Source: Neophaeotheca triangularis (Eukaryota). Taken from it: a stretch of 64,000 nucleotides of DNA. This document shows, piece by piece, positions 35,625-47,450 of the stretch; position 1 is the stretch's first letter; each line of letters opens with the position of its first letter. The notes under the pieces are model-generated. The model had not been told where the DNA came from. It worked only from the letters and a program-made list of their open reading frames with translations, and ran no database searches. Location: assembly GCA_054600435.1 (NCBI GenBank), contig BAAIJX010000006.1, forward strand, positions 620,001-684,000, in the 5' to 3' direction. The translations under genes were made by a program, and so were the position numbers.

Positions 35625-36674
35625 ATGGCCGACTTTGCATTCACCCGCCACGAAACGAGCCACACTACCGAAGCAACCAAAACTGTCCCCTTAACATGCC
35701 ACGGTCACTCGCGCCCAATCACCCACCTCTCCTTTTCGTCCCTGCTTGCTTCAAGCGGAACGGCCTCCCAGTATTTGATCATTTCCGCCTGCAAAGACAA
35801 CAATCCCATGCTCCGCGACGGCGTCACAGGCGACTGGATAGGCACGTTCATCGGCCACAAGGGCGCCGTATGGAGCGCGAGGTTGAGCGAAGATGCCACA
35901 ATAGCGGCGACAGGCTCCGCCGACTTCAGCGCAAAAGTTTGGGACACATTCACAGGCGAGACGTTGGCAACTCTGGAACACAACCACATCGTACGAGCCG
36001 TGGCCTTCCCGCCGGGCAAGGAGCCGAGGGTGCTGGCAACGGGTGGCATGGAGAAGAAGCTGCGGATTTTTGATCTGTCGCGAGTGGTTGGGGGAAATGG
36101 CTTGAACGGCAGCAACGCCGCTGGTGGTACTGGTCAAGACGTTCCCAGCTACGAATTAGGCGAGGGGGTGCACCAGGGGAGCATTAAATCAATCATATGG
36201 ACCCGCGATCCCAATGTCCTCATTACTGCCTGCGACGACAAGAAGGTCCGCTGGTGGGACCTTCGTTCTCGATCGTGTATTGCTACGTACGAGGTCGAGG
36301 GTACAATAGGGTCGTGTGAGCTTTCCACTGCCTCATCGGAAGGGACGCTGAGTGTTGCGTCAGGCAAGACAGCTTACTTTTTCTCGGCAAAGCAACCAGG
36401 GCAATTGATTAGGTCTGTCACCCTCGATCGCGAGGTAGCTTCAGTGGCGTTGAATGGAGAGCACGGCCGCTTTGTTACAGGAAGCCCCAGCGACACCTAC
36501 GTCCGAGTATGGGATTTTGAGACCGATGCTGAGATCGAGATGGGCAAGGGTCATCATGGTCCCGTGTGGACAACGGCTTTTAGTCCCGATGGGAAGCTCT
36601 ACGCTTCAGGGAGTGAGGACGGAACCATCAAGCTCTGGAAGTGTACGCAGGGTAGCTACGGTCTGTGGCGATGA
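35625..36674 (+). CDS. STRAP/UNRIP-like WD40 protein
   Basis: Motifs PLTCHGHSRP, PMLRDGVTGDWIGTFIGHKGAVW and GHHGPVW...FSPDG.LYASGSEDGTIKLW. Confidence 0.9.
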   Translation: MADFAFTRHETSHTTEATKTVPLTCHGHSRPITHLSFSSLLASSGTASQYLIISACKDNNPMLRDGVTGDWIGTFIGHKGAVWSARLSEDATIAATGSADFSAKVWDTFTGETLATLEHNHIVRAVAFPPGKEPRVLATGGMEKKLRIFDLSRVVGGNGLNGSNAAGGTGQDVPSYELGEGVHQGSIKSIIWTRDPNVLITACDDKKVRWWDLRSRSCIATYEVEGTIGSCELSTASSEGTLSVASGKTAYFFSAKQPGQLIRSVTLDREVASVALNGEHGRFVTGSPSDTYVRVWDFETDAEIEMGKGHHGPVWTTAFSPDGKLYASGSEDGTIKLWKCTQGSYGLWR

Positions 36675-37215
36675 ACCTGGCGCTACAAGAGGACCTTCGA
36701 TCCAGAGTACCACTGATCAAGCCAATATTCGGTGGCGCGAGTGCATTGACGACAATAAGTAGCCACATGTGACTACTCACGCACGTTAGAAAGCGGCGTA
36801 GGGGTGATCGTTGTTCCAAGACACTTCACTGAGAGGCTAGTAAAGGGCTCAATCACAACGTGGAGACGTCATACGATATTGCGGAGGGATCACCGTAATA
36901 TTGCCCTGGATTCTCAGAATCCGAGGCAGAGTTGTTTCGTTGCGCACGCTCTGGCGACGACGACGACGACGAAAGACGGTCATGGATGACTACCTACGGG
37001 GCAAGCAGTGCCTGAGATCCGGTGGTAGCAGATATCCGAGACCGGGAGAGACAACACTGCAACACTTTGTCGTGCTACCTTCCGTTGGTCGTGTCTCTAC
37101 GCGGCTTTCATGCAGTGGCAGTGTAGTTCTCAATTCCAAAGCCAATACCTACTGATATACAACGCCAGCCATCTATCCCTTTGCTCCCATTCAAGATTCA
37201 GCACGCCTCACTCGA

Positions 37216-37698
37216 TCAATACCAAGCCTCTCCCACCCAGTAAAGTAAGCTCGCCCCGATAGCAGTCGAGTTGACAACCCCAATAACGTGCCCAAACTCC
37301 GCCTCCTTAACCCCATACCATCTCACAATCATCCAATCAGCGAAGGTCGTGACAACCGCACTCGCGACAACCGTCCCCAGCGCCCTGCGATCGCGCCAAT
37401 AACACGCAAAAGCCAGCAAGCAAATGCCATTCTGCATATTCCGCGCCGCTATGGCGGCAATGTACGCTTGTCGGACATCGGCGTCTTTGGTCGCTTGCGA
37501 GCTTTTGGCGTCGAGAATTTGCGAGTTGGTCTTGGGCGCGGCCGTGATGGCGGGGAGGCCGTAGTTTTGGATGAATGCGCTTGGGTTGGCCAGACCGGCG
37601 AGCCCGAAGATGGAAAGTTCGGCGCAGCCGATTAGGATGGCTAGGCACTCGGCGGGTTGGGGAAGGTATTTGAAGTTGTCGCGGAAGGTGGTCGCCAT
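37216..37698 (-). CDS. Small membrane protein (DUF4267-like)
   Basis: About four hydrophobic segments with YGLP, AARN and D..IV...G motifs. Confidence 0.6.
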   Translation of the reverse strand: MATTFRDNFKYLPQPAECLAILIGCAELSIFGLAGLANPSAFIQNYGLPAITAAPKTNSQILDAKSSQATKDADVRQAYIAAIAARNMQNGICLLAFACYWRDRRALGTVVASAVVTTFADWMIVRWYGVKEAEFGHVIGVVNSTAIGASLLYWVGEAWY

Positions 37699-38183
37699 GG
37701 TTGCGACAGGGACTGAGATCGAGTTGGGGGTAGGGTAGGCTGTCGTTTGAGAGTAATTGGGGTGGAGGAGCTCGTCGAGGAGTTTGACTTGAGTAGGTGG
37801 TGGATTGCAAGTAGACAGGTACACTGCCTAGGTAGGAGCTCGAGAGACTGGGTACGGCCAAAGCACGGACGATCGATCGTTAGAGCTGGACGCCCGAGAT
37901 GCGGTCCGGAGCTGCCGCCGCATATCGGATCTCCAGCTCCGGGGGTGTCTAGGTCCTGTAGGAGCCGATATGCAGCATTGAACGCTAATGAAGTCTGAAA
38001 AGAGCGGAACCAGGTACCACAACCTTGGAACCTACAAGCATTTAATGAATGATATTACCTAGAGCGTTGAACACCCGTACCGTTTCCCGATGGTAAGAAG
38101 GAGATGCAAATGCTTGAGATCCGATGTGATGCTCCTCAAGCACATTTCCAGCAGACTACCAAGGTACAGACCCATACAGATCT

Positions 38184-40808
38184 CTACTCCAAACCCCCAA
38201 GCCGCCTCAACCGCTCACTTACAGCATCCATCAAGGCCATCTCACGCTCCAGTAGATTCATAACCTGCGCCAAAGCCTGCCTTCTATACCGATCGCCCGA
38301 CTGCGCTTGTTGCGATCTCTCAGCACCTTCCACCTGATGTTGCGAAACCTCGGCCGCCTGTCGAGCGAGCGATTTGCAGAGTTCCTCCGCCTGCTCAAAC
38401 CGGGTCGAAAGGGAGCCCGCCATCTTCTCGGTCTTGGGGGGTCCTGTACTGCGTCTCAAGGATGACGACCGACTGTTGTCCATATGGAGGATCTGATCTG
38501 GTCCGACAGGCGCGTCCTTGTCATCCCCAGATCCCTGTCCTATGGCTGTGTTTGTTTTGTCCACCTCCTCAAGGAATTGCGCTTCCTTGTTCGAGAGCTG
38601 CCCATCGCCCAACTTCAGCATCCTTCTTCTCAGTGATTCCACCCGCTCGTTCAATCGAGTATTCTTCGCGCGTGTCTCTTCAATTGCTGCTGCCGTCTTC
38701 TCCCTGCCCATCCTCTCTTCTGAATCGTCACCGTTCTGACCGTACTCCTCGCCCGTTACAGCGTCTACCTTTTGCGACATCTCTTGTACTTTCCTGACTT
38801 GTTCCCTCAACTCCGAACGCATGCGTTCGCATCGCCGGAAAATATCAGCAGCCGCCAGACCAAGCCTGTGTGTCTCGTTGCTCAGAACACGATGTGCCTC
38901 CGCCATGAGCTCTAGTACTTCTGGGGTGAATTTGAGCCTAGCATCTGGGTCTACTGATTTGGAGGCGGCACGCTTCCGAGCATTGGTGATGAAGGAGGGC
39001 AGTTGAGATGCTTCGAAAAAGACATGGGCTGCTTGATATGGCTCGCGAGGCTCGATAGCCGGCGCTACGACTTGATGGTCGAGCTCGTCAGGGGCGAATG
39101 GATCTTGAACATCTGGAATGTCGAGGATTGCAGCATGGGGCTCGTCGGACGCTGTTGTGAGTAGGAAGTAGCCTAGTGAGGGATCGATCAAGGCTATGGC
39201 GGTGTTTGGTTGCTCGTTGGGATCCGCGAACATGCTGATGGGTTCATCAACTGTCGTTTTGGCATTGTCAAGCAGTTGTTTCAGGCGAAATCCAATGCCT
39301 TCGGTGATCTCGCTTGACAGCTCGCTCTCGAGGCTTGTCGCCCAAGGCGAAATTGCCAGACTGGAAACTCCCTCCGGAAGCGAAACAAAGAACTCGTGTT
39401 TACTTATTGGTGATTTTGTAAAGGTGGGCCAGCACTCTGCCGGTTCGTCAGATCTCGCGAGGTCCACGGTTTCGAGGACGATGAGTTCTTTCTCTTCCTC
39501 ATCGTCGTAGGTGTATCCGCGACTGCGTTTAGCAGGCAGCCACTCAGCACCAACACCCTCAAGATCAAGGCATATGTGGACTTGCTGCGTGCTTGCGGCA
39601 AGACAAATCACACCAGCCGAGAGGCCCTCAGCTGTCGCCTCGGAATCATCATCGTCGCCAAAGAGAGCTTCTTCGTCAAGCTTCGGTGCGATGACATGAA
39701 TATCCGTGATTTCTCCAAAATTCGGCTCTGGCGCTAATGCAAAAGGCCCCTGGAGTTTTGGAACGGGTCCAGGTCTCGGAGGGCGGTTGTAGATTTCGGC
39801 ATAAACAGCGCCAGCCTCGTCATACTGAGACGTGGGATCCTGATCGTCAATGTCGGCTAACCACCTGCACTGCTGATCGCTTGTCCTCTTCTCACTCTCA
39901 CTGCACTCCGGGTCATGTGCGGTTGCTCTGGCCGACGCCACAACAGAAGTCGACAAGGAAGGTAGCAGCGATGCAGGCGCTCTCCATTTGCTCGGCAGGA
40001 ATGGGCACAAGGCGTAGACGTCGCCTTCGGTCATGGCTACCCACAAAGTCATCCCACTCCAACCATGCTCGTCTTCACTTCCTTGACCTCCGAAGCAGGC
40101 AGCTGCAGTCTCCATTTGCACATCGTCTGCACTGAAACCTTTGTTGGTACCATATTTGCTGGCGCTGAAGTCGGCTTGGCTCGATGCGGCATTGTTGAGT
40201 TTTTTGAGATCTACAGCCAGACTTGGCTCGCTGAAGGTGGCTCGATTGTCGCTGTTCAACTCCCACATGCGAACACAGGCATCTTGTGTGACTGTGACGA
40301 GAACGTTGTCCGAGGGTGCGAGTGGGTGCCAAAGCGAGCGAACGAGCGGAGACTGCTCTAACACGTGCGCTGAAGGTCCGATTTGGTAGCTCTTCAAGCG
40401 GAGGGGGGAGAAGTCGTTGGCATGGAGGTGGGAAGGCGTGGGCAGAATGGCGACGTGGCAGGTGTGCGAAGTGAGTATAGCGATCCAGGTTCCGTCGGGA
40501 GAGACAGAGAGCTCGGTGATGTCGCGGTAACCAGGTACCTTCAACACGCGATATGCTCTCTCATGTCCATGGCTCTGCCCATTGTCGGCAGCATCTGCAC
40601 CGGCATCCCTCAAGAGACCAACATTACTCCATCTCAGCTCATTGCCTACTGCCACAAACACTTCATTCCCCCGGTGTGCGATGCATCTCCTGCGACCTTC
40701 GATATGTTGCGCTTCGGTCTTGGAGGTGGTGCTGTTGGGCTGAAAAAGATCGAATCCTGGAGATGGGCGTGACAGCCAGCCAGGCGTATGAGCGAGGGGT
40801 CTGACCAT
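38184..40808 (-). CDS. NUP82: Nucleoporin Nup82/Nup88 family
   Basis: Starts with ..TP.WLSRPSPGF.LF; beta-propeller with WHPL and W...TLWVAM..GDVYALCPFLP; C-terminal coiled coil. Confidence 0.85.
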   Translation of the reverse strand: MVRPLAHTPGWLSRPSPGFDLFQPNSTTSKTEAQHIEGRRRCIAHRGNEVFVAVGNELRWSNVGLLRDAGADAADNGQSHGHERAYRVLKVPGYRDITELSVSPDGTWIAILTSHTCHVAILPTPSHLHANDFSPLRLKSYQIGPSAHVLEQSPLVRSLWHPLAPSDNVLVTVTQDACVRMWELNSDNRATFSEPSLAVDLKKLNNAASSQADFSASKYGTNKGFSADDVQMETAAACFGGQGSEDEHGWSGMTLWVAMTEGDVYALCPFLPSKWRAPASLLPSLSTSVVASARATAHDPECSESEKRTSDQQCRWLADIDDQDPTSQYDEAGAVYAEIYNRPPRPGPVPKLQGPFALAPEPNFGEITDIHVIAPKLDEEALFGDDDDSEATAEGLSAGVICLAASTQQVHICLDLEGVGAEWLPAKRSRGYTYDDEEEKELIVLETVDLARSDEPAECWPTFTKSPISKHEFFVSLPEGVSSLAISPWATSLESELSSEITEGIGFRLKQLLDNAKTTVDEPISMFADPNEQPNTAIALIDPSLGYFLLTTASDEPHAAILDIPDVQDPFAPDELDHQVVAPAIEPREPYQAAHVFFEASQLPSFITNARKRAASKSVDPDARLKFTPEVLELMAEAHRVLSNETHRLGLAAADIFRRCERMRSELREQVRKVQEMSQKVDAVTGEEYGQNGDDSEERMGREKTAAAIEETRAKNTRLNERVESLRRRMLKLGDGQLSNKEAQFLEEVDKTNTAIGQGSGDDKDAPVGPDQILHMDNSRSSSLRRSTGPPKTEKMAGSLSTRFEQAEELCKSLARQAAEVSQHQVEGAERSQQAQSGDRYRRQALAQVMNLLEREMALMDAVSERLRRLGGLE

Positions 40809-41121
40809 GTCGTAGATACAGAGCAGCTCTGCCTATATTGGTTCTCGAACTCCAGGAGTAAGTAGCGGACGATGTGGGCGTAGATGTAGTAAAGTGAAGC
40901 TTTGAGTAAAAGAGAGAGCTTCTGCCCACGCGCCGGCTGTGACGCGACAAGCTCTCCTCCGCAAAGTCCAAACTTCAGACTTGCATTGGGTGGGCATCTT
41001 CCCACCAACACCTCATCTTCACCTTCACTTATCACTCTCTCCCTTAATTGATATCCATACTATCCGCTCGCCTATTTACGCTTCAATCAAAGCTCCCATT
41101 CACCGCAATTCCCGAGCCATC

Positions 41122-42282
41122 ATGGCCATCGTTCACATGCGCAACACAGTCGATAGGCTTGACAAGCCATCTTCATATGCAATGAGCAAGGTAAGCCCTC
41201 ACCCTTTACTGTTCTTTCTTTCGAGTACTCCCTTGGCCAACGGTACGCCCTCTTTTTTCCGGATACCTTCTGCTCCCTCGACACCTCTCACACAACAACA
41301 ACAACACCAACATGTCCGGCGCCTTGGAGACAAATTCGGGAGCTCTTCGCCTCGACGAACCCATGGATATCGAGGCCCATATCAAGGACGTAGTTGCTAA
41401 GGAGGTCAGCTTCGATGTGAAGATGGATGTTTCGATCGAGGAGAAGGCGGACGTGGATGTGCCCATGAGCGAAGATGCGAAAAGGGAGCCACCTCGCGGT
41501 CCAAGGCGTATTATTCCAGTGAAGCGCTCAAACACACATGGCGGCACCCTCAGCATGCGCGGCATGGGGGACGCCTTAGGTGGCATGTTTGGCCTGGCGA
41601 AGTCTACTCCACGGCCCAGGATCGTCACCTTTGGCAACCGGCATAACCACGAGCGCGAGCCTCGCTTCGCGGATTGCGCTTCAATGCCGCGCCAGTTTTA
41701 CAACAAGAAGAGGACCGTCGGGTCGCTAACACCTACCGAACCACAGTACAAGAAGCGTCGCCGCAACCCAGATGAAGCTCAGAACGGAGAACGTGCGCCT
41801 AGTCCTGACCTCGAAGAGAAGCTGAAGGACGCAACGACCCTCTACGTGGGCAACCTTTCTTTCTTCACCACTGAGGAGCAAATCCACGAGGTACGTCTCC
41901 TTGAATGGCATCAATCTCCCCAAAAAGTGAAGCTAACCTTCCCCTCCTACTTAAGCTCTTCAGCAAAGCCGGCGAGATCAAGCGTCTAGTCATGGGCCTG
42001 GACCGCTTCACCAAGACCCCCTGCGGCTTCTGCTTCGTCGAGTACTACACCCACGCCGACGCTCTCGACTGCCTCAAGTACATTGGCGGCACCAAACTCG
42101 ACGAGCGCATTATTCGCACAGATCTCGACGAGGGTTTCAGCGAGGGACGGCAGTACGGACGCGGCAAGAGTGGTGGGCAGGTGAGAGACGAGTACAGGCA
42201 AGAATACGACCCGGGTCGTGGAGGTTTCGGCAAGGGGATCGGTGATGAGGGTTATGCGGACGAGTACATGGGTGGGAGGTGA
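41122..42282 (+). CDS. CBC2: Nuclear cap-binding protein subunit 2 (CBP20); exons 41122-41190, 41747-41890, 41956-42282
   Basis: Motifs [51 protein letters not shown] and [18 protein letters not shown]. Confidence 0.95.
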
Positions 42283-42576
42283 GGAGGGTTCTTTGTAGGG
42301 ATGGGGCTTGCGGCATGACGGGTCTATGAGCGAGGCGTTTGCGGTGCTCTGGCGTGCTGGTATGCATGCGTGGTTCTGGGGTCGTTATACCCGGTCAGGG
42401 GGCCTCAAGTGCAGTTCCGAAGGTGAGGCGAACTATTAAGAGCGTTTGGGGTCATTCTTGCAAGGCACCCTCACAACGATAGTGCGTATGCAGAAAGGAC
42501 AGCTTTTGAAAATTAATGGTGTATCATGTCTATCTACAAGTTTACAAAGAGACCTCCCTCGTCCGCTAACATCTGC

Positions 42577-44220
42577 TCACACATTGAGCTCGGCAGCAAC
42601 GATGCCCTTCAAGTCCTCTGCATAAGGCTCGAGAGCCTTTCTAACCTTGGTGGTCACCAGCTTCTCCGTGATCTCGGCGCTTCTCCCTGTAAAAGTCGAG
42701 GCATCCGTCAGAGTGTCGAGGACAGGCAGCACGGGCTTGAAGAAGGGCGTAATCTTGATGCGGTCGAGCAGGTCATTGTCTTTGCCTTCCTGCTTGACCA
42801 TGGCGCCTGCCTGGTGCGAAAGCACGCGGATTTCTTCGTGCGCGTCTTGGCGGCTGTAGCCACGCTCGACCATTGCCATGATGATGTTTTCCGTTGCCAT
42901 GAAGGGGAGCTCTTGCTCCACGCGGCGTGAGATGACTGCCGGGTAGACGACCATGCCGGAGCAGATGTTGTTGAGCTGGCTCTCGCGTCAGTTGGTAGTT
43001 CTTTTTAGTCATGAGGGGTTGGATGAAGCTTACGAGTTGAAGGCAAGCGTCTGTGCAGAGGAAGGATTCCGGCAGCGAGATGCGACGGATAGCTGAGTCG
43101 TCAAGGCTTCGCTCCAGCCATTGAGCGGAGTAGGTTTGTTCGGCGTCCAGGGCAAAGTTGCGGAGCTTGCGACCGAGCGAGCAAAGACGCTCACTTCGCA
43201 TCGGGTTCCTTTTGTAAGCCATGGCGCTTGAGCCGATCTGGTCTGCTTCGAAAGGCTCTTCCAGCTCCTTGAACATTGCAAGGTGTCGGATATCGCCACC
43301 AATGCGTTCGCAGGTGGCACCAAAGGAACCAAGAGCGTGAAGAACATCGACGTCGATCTTGCGGGAGTAGGTTTGCGACGTGGAGATTTCGGCTTCCTTG
43401 AACCCAGCCTTCTTTGTCACAAGCTCGTCCAATCGCTCGACTTTGTCGTGGTCGCCCTTGAAGATGGCAAGGAAACTGGCTTGGGTTCCCGTTGTACCCT
43501 TCACGCCACGGAAACGCTGGAGAACGTCATCGCGAGCACGTTCAATGTTTTGGAGGTCGTAAAGGAGGTCGGTGATCCACAAGCTGGCGCGCTTGCCAAC
43601 CGTGACCAATTGAGCCGGCTGGCCGTGTGTGTATCCCAGACAGGGGAGGTGGCGATGCTCCATGGCGAAGTTGGCTAGACGTTGAATGACAGCAGCCAGC
43701 TTAGGAAGGACCAAGTCCATAGCATTGCGCAGGAAGATCTAGGATGGTCAGCAATCGTCAAGCAAGGGCACTCCAGGCAGGAGGATATTTACCAAGTCGG
43801 CATTGTCAGTCACGTAGCTATACCCCGAATCAGCTATGCTCAGTCTGAGGATTGTGAACGTTCAACTCACCAGGAGGTGGCACCCCAGTGGATGATACCA
43901 GCGGCAAGCGGCGCCACCAGGCCATAGGTGTGAACGTGGGCCATGACATCGTGGCGTCTCCTCTTCTCCTCCAGAGCAGCGGCCGAGAACTCCTCGTCTT
44001 CAATCACAGCATGTTCTCTGAGCTGTTCGAGAGCTTCGTCGCTGATCTCAAGGCCAAGTTGTTGCTCGGATTCGGCCAGGTATATCCAGAGTTGGCGCCA
44101 TGTGCTGAAGCGGTTCCTCGGGGAGAAAATATATTGCATCTCCTTCGAGGAATACCTCGAGTTGAGAGGGTTGTTGTAACTATCGAGTTGAGGATTCATG
44201 GCGATGGGTGTGGCAACCAT
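42577..44220 (-). CDS. ADE13: Adenylosuccinate lyase; introns 43818-43870, 43739-43792, 42976-43033 (25-nt micro-exon 43793-43817)
   Basis: Motifs [34 protein letters not shown] and the fumarate-lyase signature [11 protein letters not shown]. Confidence 0.96.
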
Positions 44221-45182
44221 AACCAGCAATTGTTGATTTGAGGTTTGCTAGGGGTTGGCTCACGGCGACGGCGAGGAAGTCCAGTATTAATCAAATGTAT
44301 TGGAGTGGCTGGCTAGTAGCTCTCGGCACTCGAATTTCTTTCGCACTGCGCAAACGACACGTAGAGTAGGCAGCAATGGTGATGTTTCCCGGAAAGAAGT
44401 TTCTTTATATTACCCTCTTCACGGAGATCAGGCCGCAACGAGGGTGTTTTGGAAGGTCAGTTGGGAAAAGGTTGGTGAGCATGGGAATACTAATGAATGA
44501 GGCTCAGGAACGATCCAAAATATTTTCCCACAGCAGTAAGTAGTGAGTCGGAGAGTGGAGCTCCGCCGCGAATCGCAGCAGCTGATCAAATGCGTGTGCC
44601 GTCTTCGCTCGGATCTTCAAGTACGAATGACACCTACAGGAAATTGAACATTTCTAGAATAAAGGCTTTTTGGTGTAATTTATCCATGGATTGCGAATTT
44701 TGCTTGATTGACTTGGATGACCTGAGGTGATATTGAAAATGCGACGATGCAAATCAATCCCCACGTGGTCGTGCACACCGTGCAGATGAGGCTTGGGGTA
44801 TTAGGTCACAAGAACAAGGGAGCGTAAGGTAATTATTATAATATGGAGGTAAAGCACAAGCGAGCTGAGCTGATCGCTGTACTACTGTACAGGGGTGGCG
44901 CGGACAGTACAGTAGCAAAAGACTGTCGAGACCTTGGGCACACGCCTTTTGACTACCTACCTTAGGTACAGTAGTATTGTTGTTCGACCCAGGCTGCCAG
45001 CTGCCTTTCGCCATCGTTGCGAAAGATCCTCCACCCTACCTCCTACCTACCCAGCCCATCTGCACCGTCAAACTCTACCTCAACGGCCAATCACAGCCAT
45101 TTGCGACCACCCTGCGATCAACGGCAACTAGTCTAGTACCACGGCGAAGCTCCAAGCAGTCCAAGCAGTCCACACCCACCCC

Positions 45183-45615
45183 ATGGCGGACATACATGAG
45201 TTCCCAGCCCTCTTCACCATTGAGGGCAGCAGTAGACACGAGAGTCTGTGTCGCTTCCTCGCGAAGACGCTTGCTCAGCGGACTGACTCCCTTTACAGTC
45301 TTCCTCGTCAATCCGGGACACGAGCTAGCCGACTTGACCAAGCAGATCGAAGCTCTCATTTCGTCTTCTCCCAACTGCGCCGAGTTCATGAGCAAGTTCA
45401 AGAGCAACAAGGAGAGCTCGGAGAAGGTTAAGCAGGTCAAGGTTCGCTGGGCCGCAGAAGGCAGAGACCTTAAGCTGTTTCCCAGGGAGACTGTGTTGAC
45501 TGAGGATAATTGCGAGGCGGTTCTCAGGATGATGGCTCACGGCGTCGGCAAGGACGTTATTGATGTGACTGTTGAGCAGCAGAAGGGTAATGATGGGAAG
45601 AAAGAGGAAAGGTAG
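45183..45615 (+). CDS. Small hypothetical protein; probable intron 45244-45298
   Basis: ATG in CCATGG context. A GTCTGT..ACTGAC..CAG intron joins it in frame to ..IFLVNPGHELADL..VKVRW..FPRETVLTEDNCEAVLRMM. Confidence 0.6.
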
Positions 45616-47450
45616 TAGGTGCCTAAAGCGTCTCTGCCGCTGACGTCGATTCTTGTTCAGGTTGGATGTAAACGAGGAGGGCAGGCCCATAGTACGTGGT
45701 ATGCAATAATCGTTTACAACGACTTGGACATCTTATTGTCCTCTGAAACCTTTCTGAGTCCTATAGCCGTCTGCTCGCTGCTTGCGCTGCAGGCCTAACC
45801 TCTCTAGCCAAAGCTTTGACCGTGGACTCATATCAAGAGCTGTCGATATCTGCTTTCCTTACTTGACTCGCTGCAGTCGTGGCGTTAGGAGACTACGGGC
45901 ATGTTGAACATTAAATATTCTTACAAGATTCTAGGACTACACATCTGAGCCTCGACTAGCTGTTCTAGTTTTGCATTCGAGCTTGTACAATCCAAGCCTC
46001 CAAGACTATCACGCGGAAGGAATGGTTTGAGTGGATGTCTTAATTGATGCAGCCTGATTCGTTGCAGAACGGGGCTGATTGATTGGCCTTGACATGGGAC
46101 CAGACAAGCGCGGACGAATCAAGACAGCCAACCGCCTGTTCGGTTGGTGGAATTATTGTGTGTCGTCTTGGGCTCATGCCCGGGTGTGGAAAGGCAGAGC
46201 TCGGGGCTCGTGTGCTGTCGGTAGAAGAGTCGCGAGAGCCCTGCTACAGCAATCCGCATGGCTGTCAGCTTGTCAAGGTACCTATACTATACAATAATAA
46301 TAAGTACGTAGTACTTGTACCGACGGGAGGCGAATTCTGACTGCCTTGCTAGCGGTACTATTTTCACATGCCGAATTCTGTGAAAGGGAGGATTCTTGGT
46401 TTACAGTATCGAGCAAGCCAAATCCGGTGAACACACGTAGAGGATGTGTAGTATAATAAGGTATCGAAGGATTGCCATGTCTTTGAACATAAACAAGGTT
46501 CGAGGAGCAATGGGCCAAAAAGCCAAAGGGCGTTGCTGTTGCCGTTAACTTACTACTGTACTAGTTATGATAGGCAACTTGACTTATCTCGACAGCCCGT
46601 GAGGCGTGAGCCCCCCCCCCCGCCTTCCTTCCTCTCACAAAACTCAGCTTGGCTCTTCCCGAATCCACACCTGCCGACCCGGGCCTGCACCTGCATCCAC
46701 TGCCTCGTCCCCATCACTGAGGTCCTTCCCCAGTTCCAGGTCCCCCTCCAGGACCTCCACTGTCCAGCTCACTACTAACTACTACTAACACCACCACCAC
46801 CACCACCACCACCACTCCTCCTCCTTCTCCACCCCCTCCCTCGTCTTGTACTGCCCAATCACACTATCCGCCCGCCCGCTCAGCTTGCACACACACACAC
46901 ACACTGCATTCTACATTATTCACCCCCGCCTCCGGTCGAATCGCAATCTCGAGTCGTATCAAATCAATTTACGCGACTCATAAGCCCGCCCGCTCGCGCG
47001 TTGCGCTGCGCGTGTGTCTGGCCTCGTCTGTCGTGCTCCAAGCCCGCCTTGTAACACCACCTCTGCTCTCGCCCTCTTCCACACCAGCGCCTTCATACCA
47101 TTCCGCTCCTCAGACTGCGACCTCACCGCCGTCGTTCCAACTCGGACACCAAGGCCGCGCGCGACGTCGATCGTCCTCGGCTCAGCCTTTCGGTCGCTCC
47201 GCTGCCTGCTCTCAACGCATTTGCGATCGCTCTCTGATTGGTCGCAACCCTCGAAGCTACTTGCAAGCTCCACGCGCTCACATGCTATTATTCTGGCCGC
47301 GTACAACACCACCAGCATTGTGTGCTGAGCACAGCTTGTTGCGTCTGCCATCGACAAAGCTTCCACAACGCCGCCGACCTTGCTGTCGACCCTGCACGCT
47401 CCTCATCGCCCTTGTGCGCCCTTGCGCCATCACTTCCTAGGCGTGCTCCA

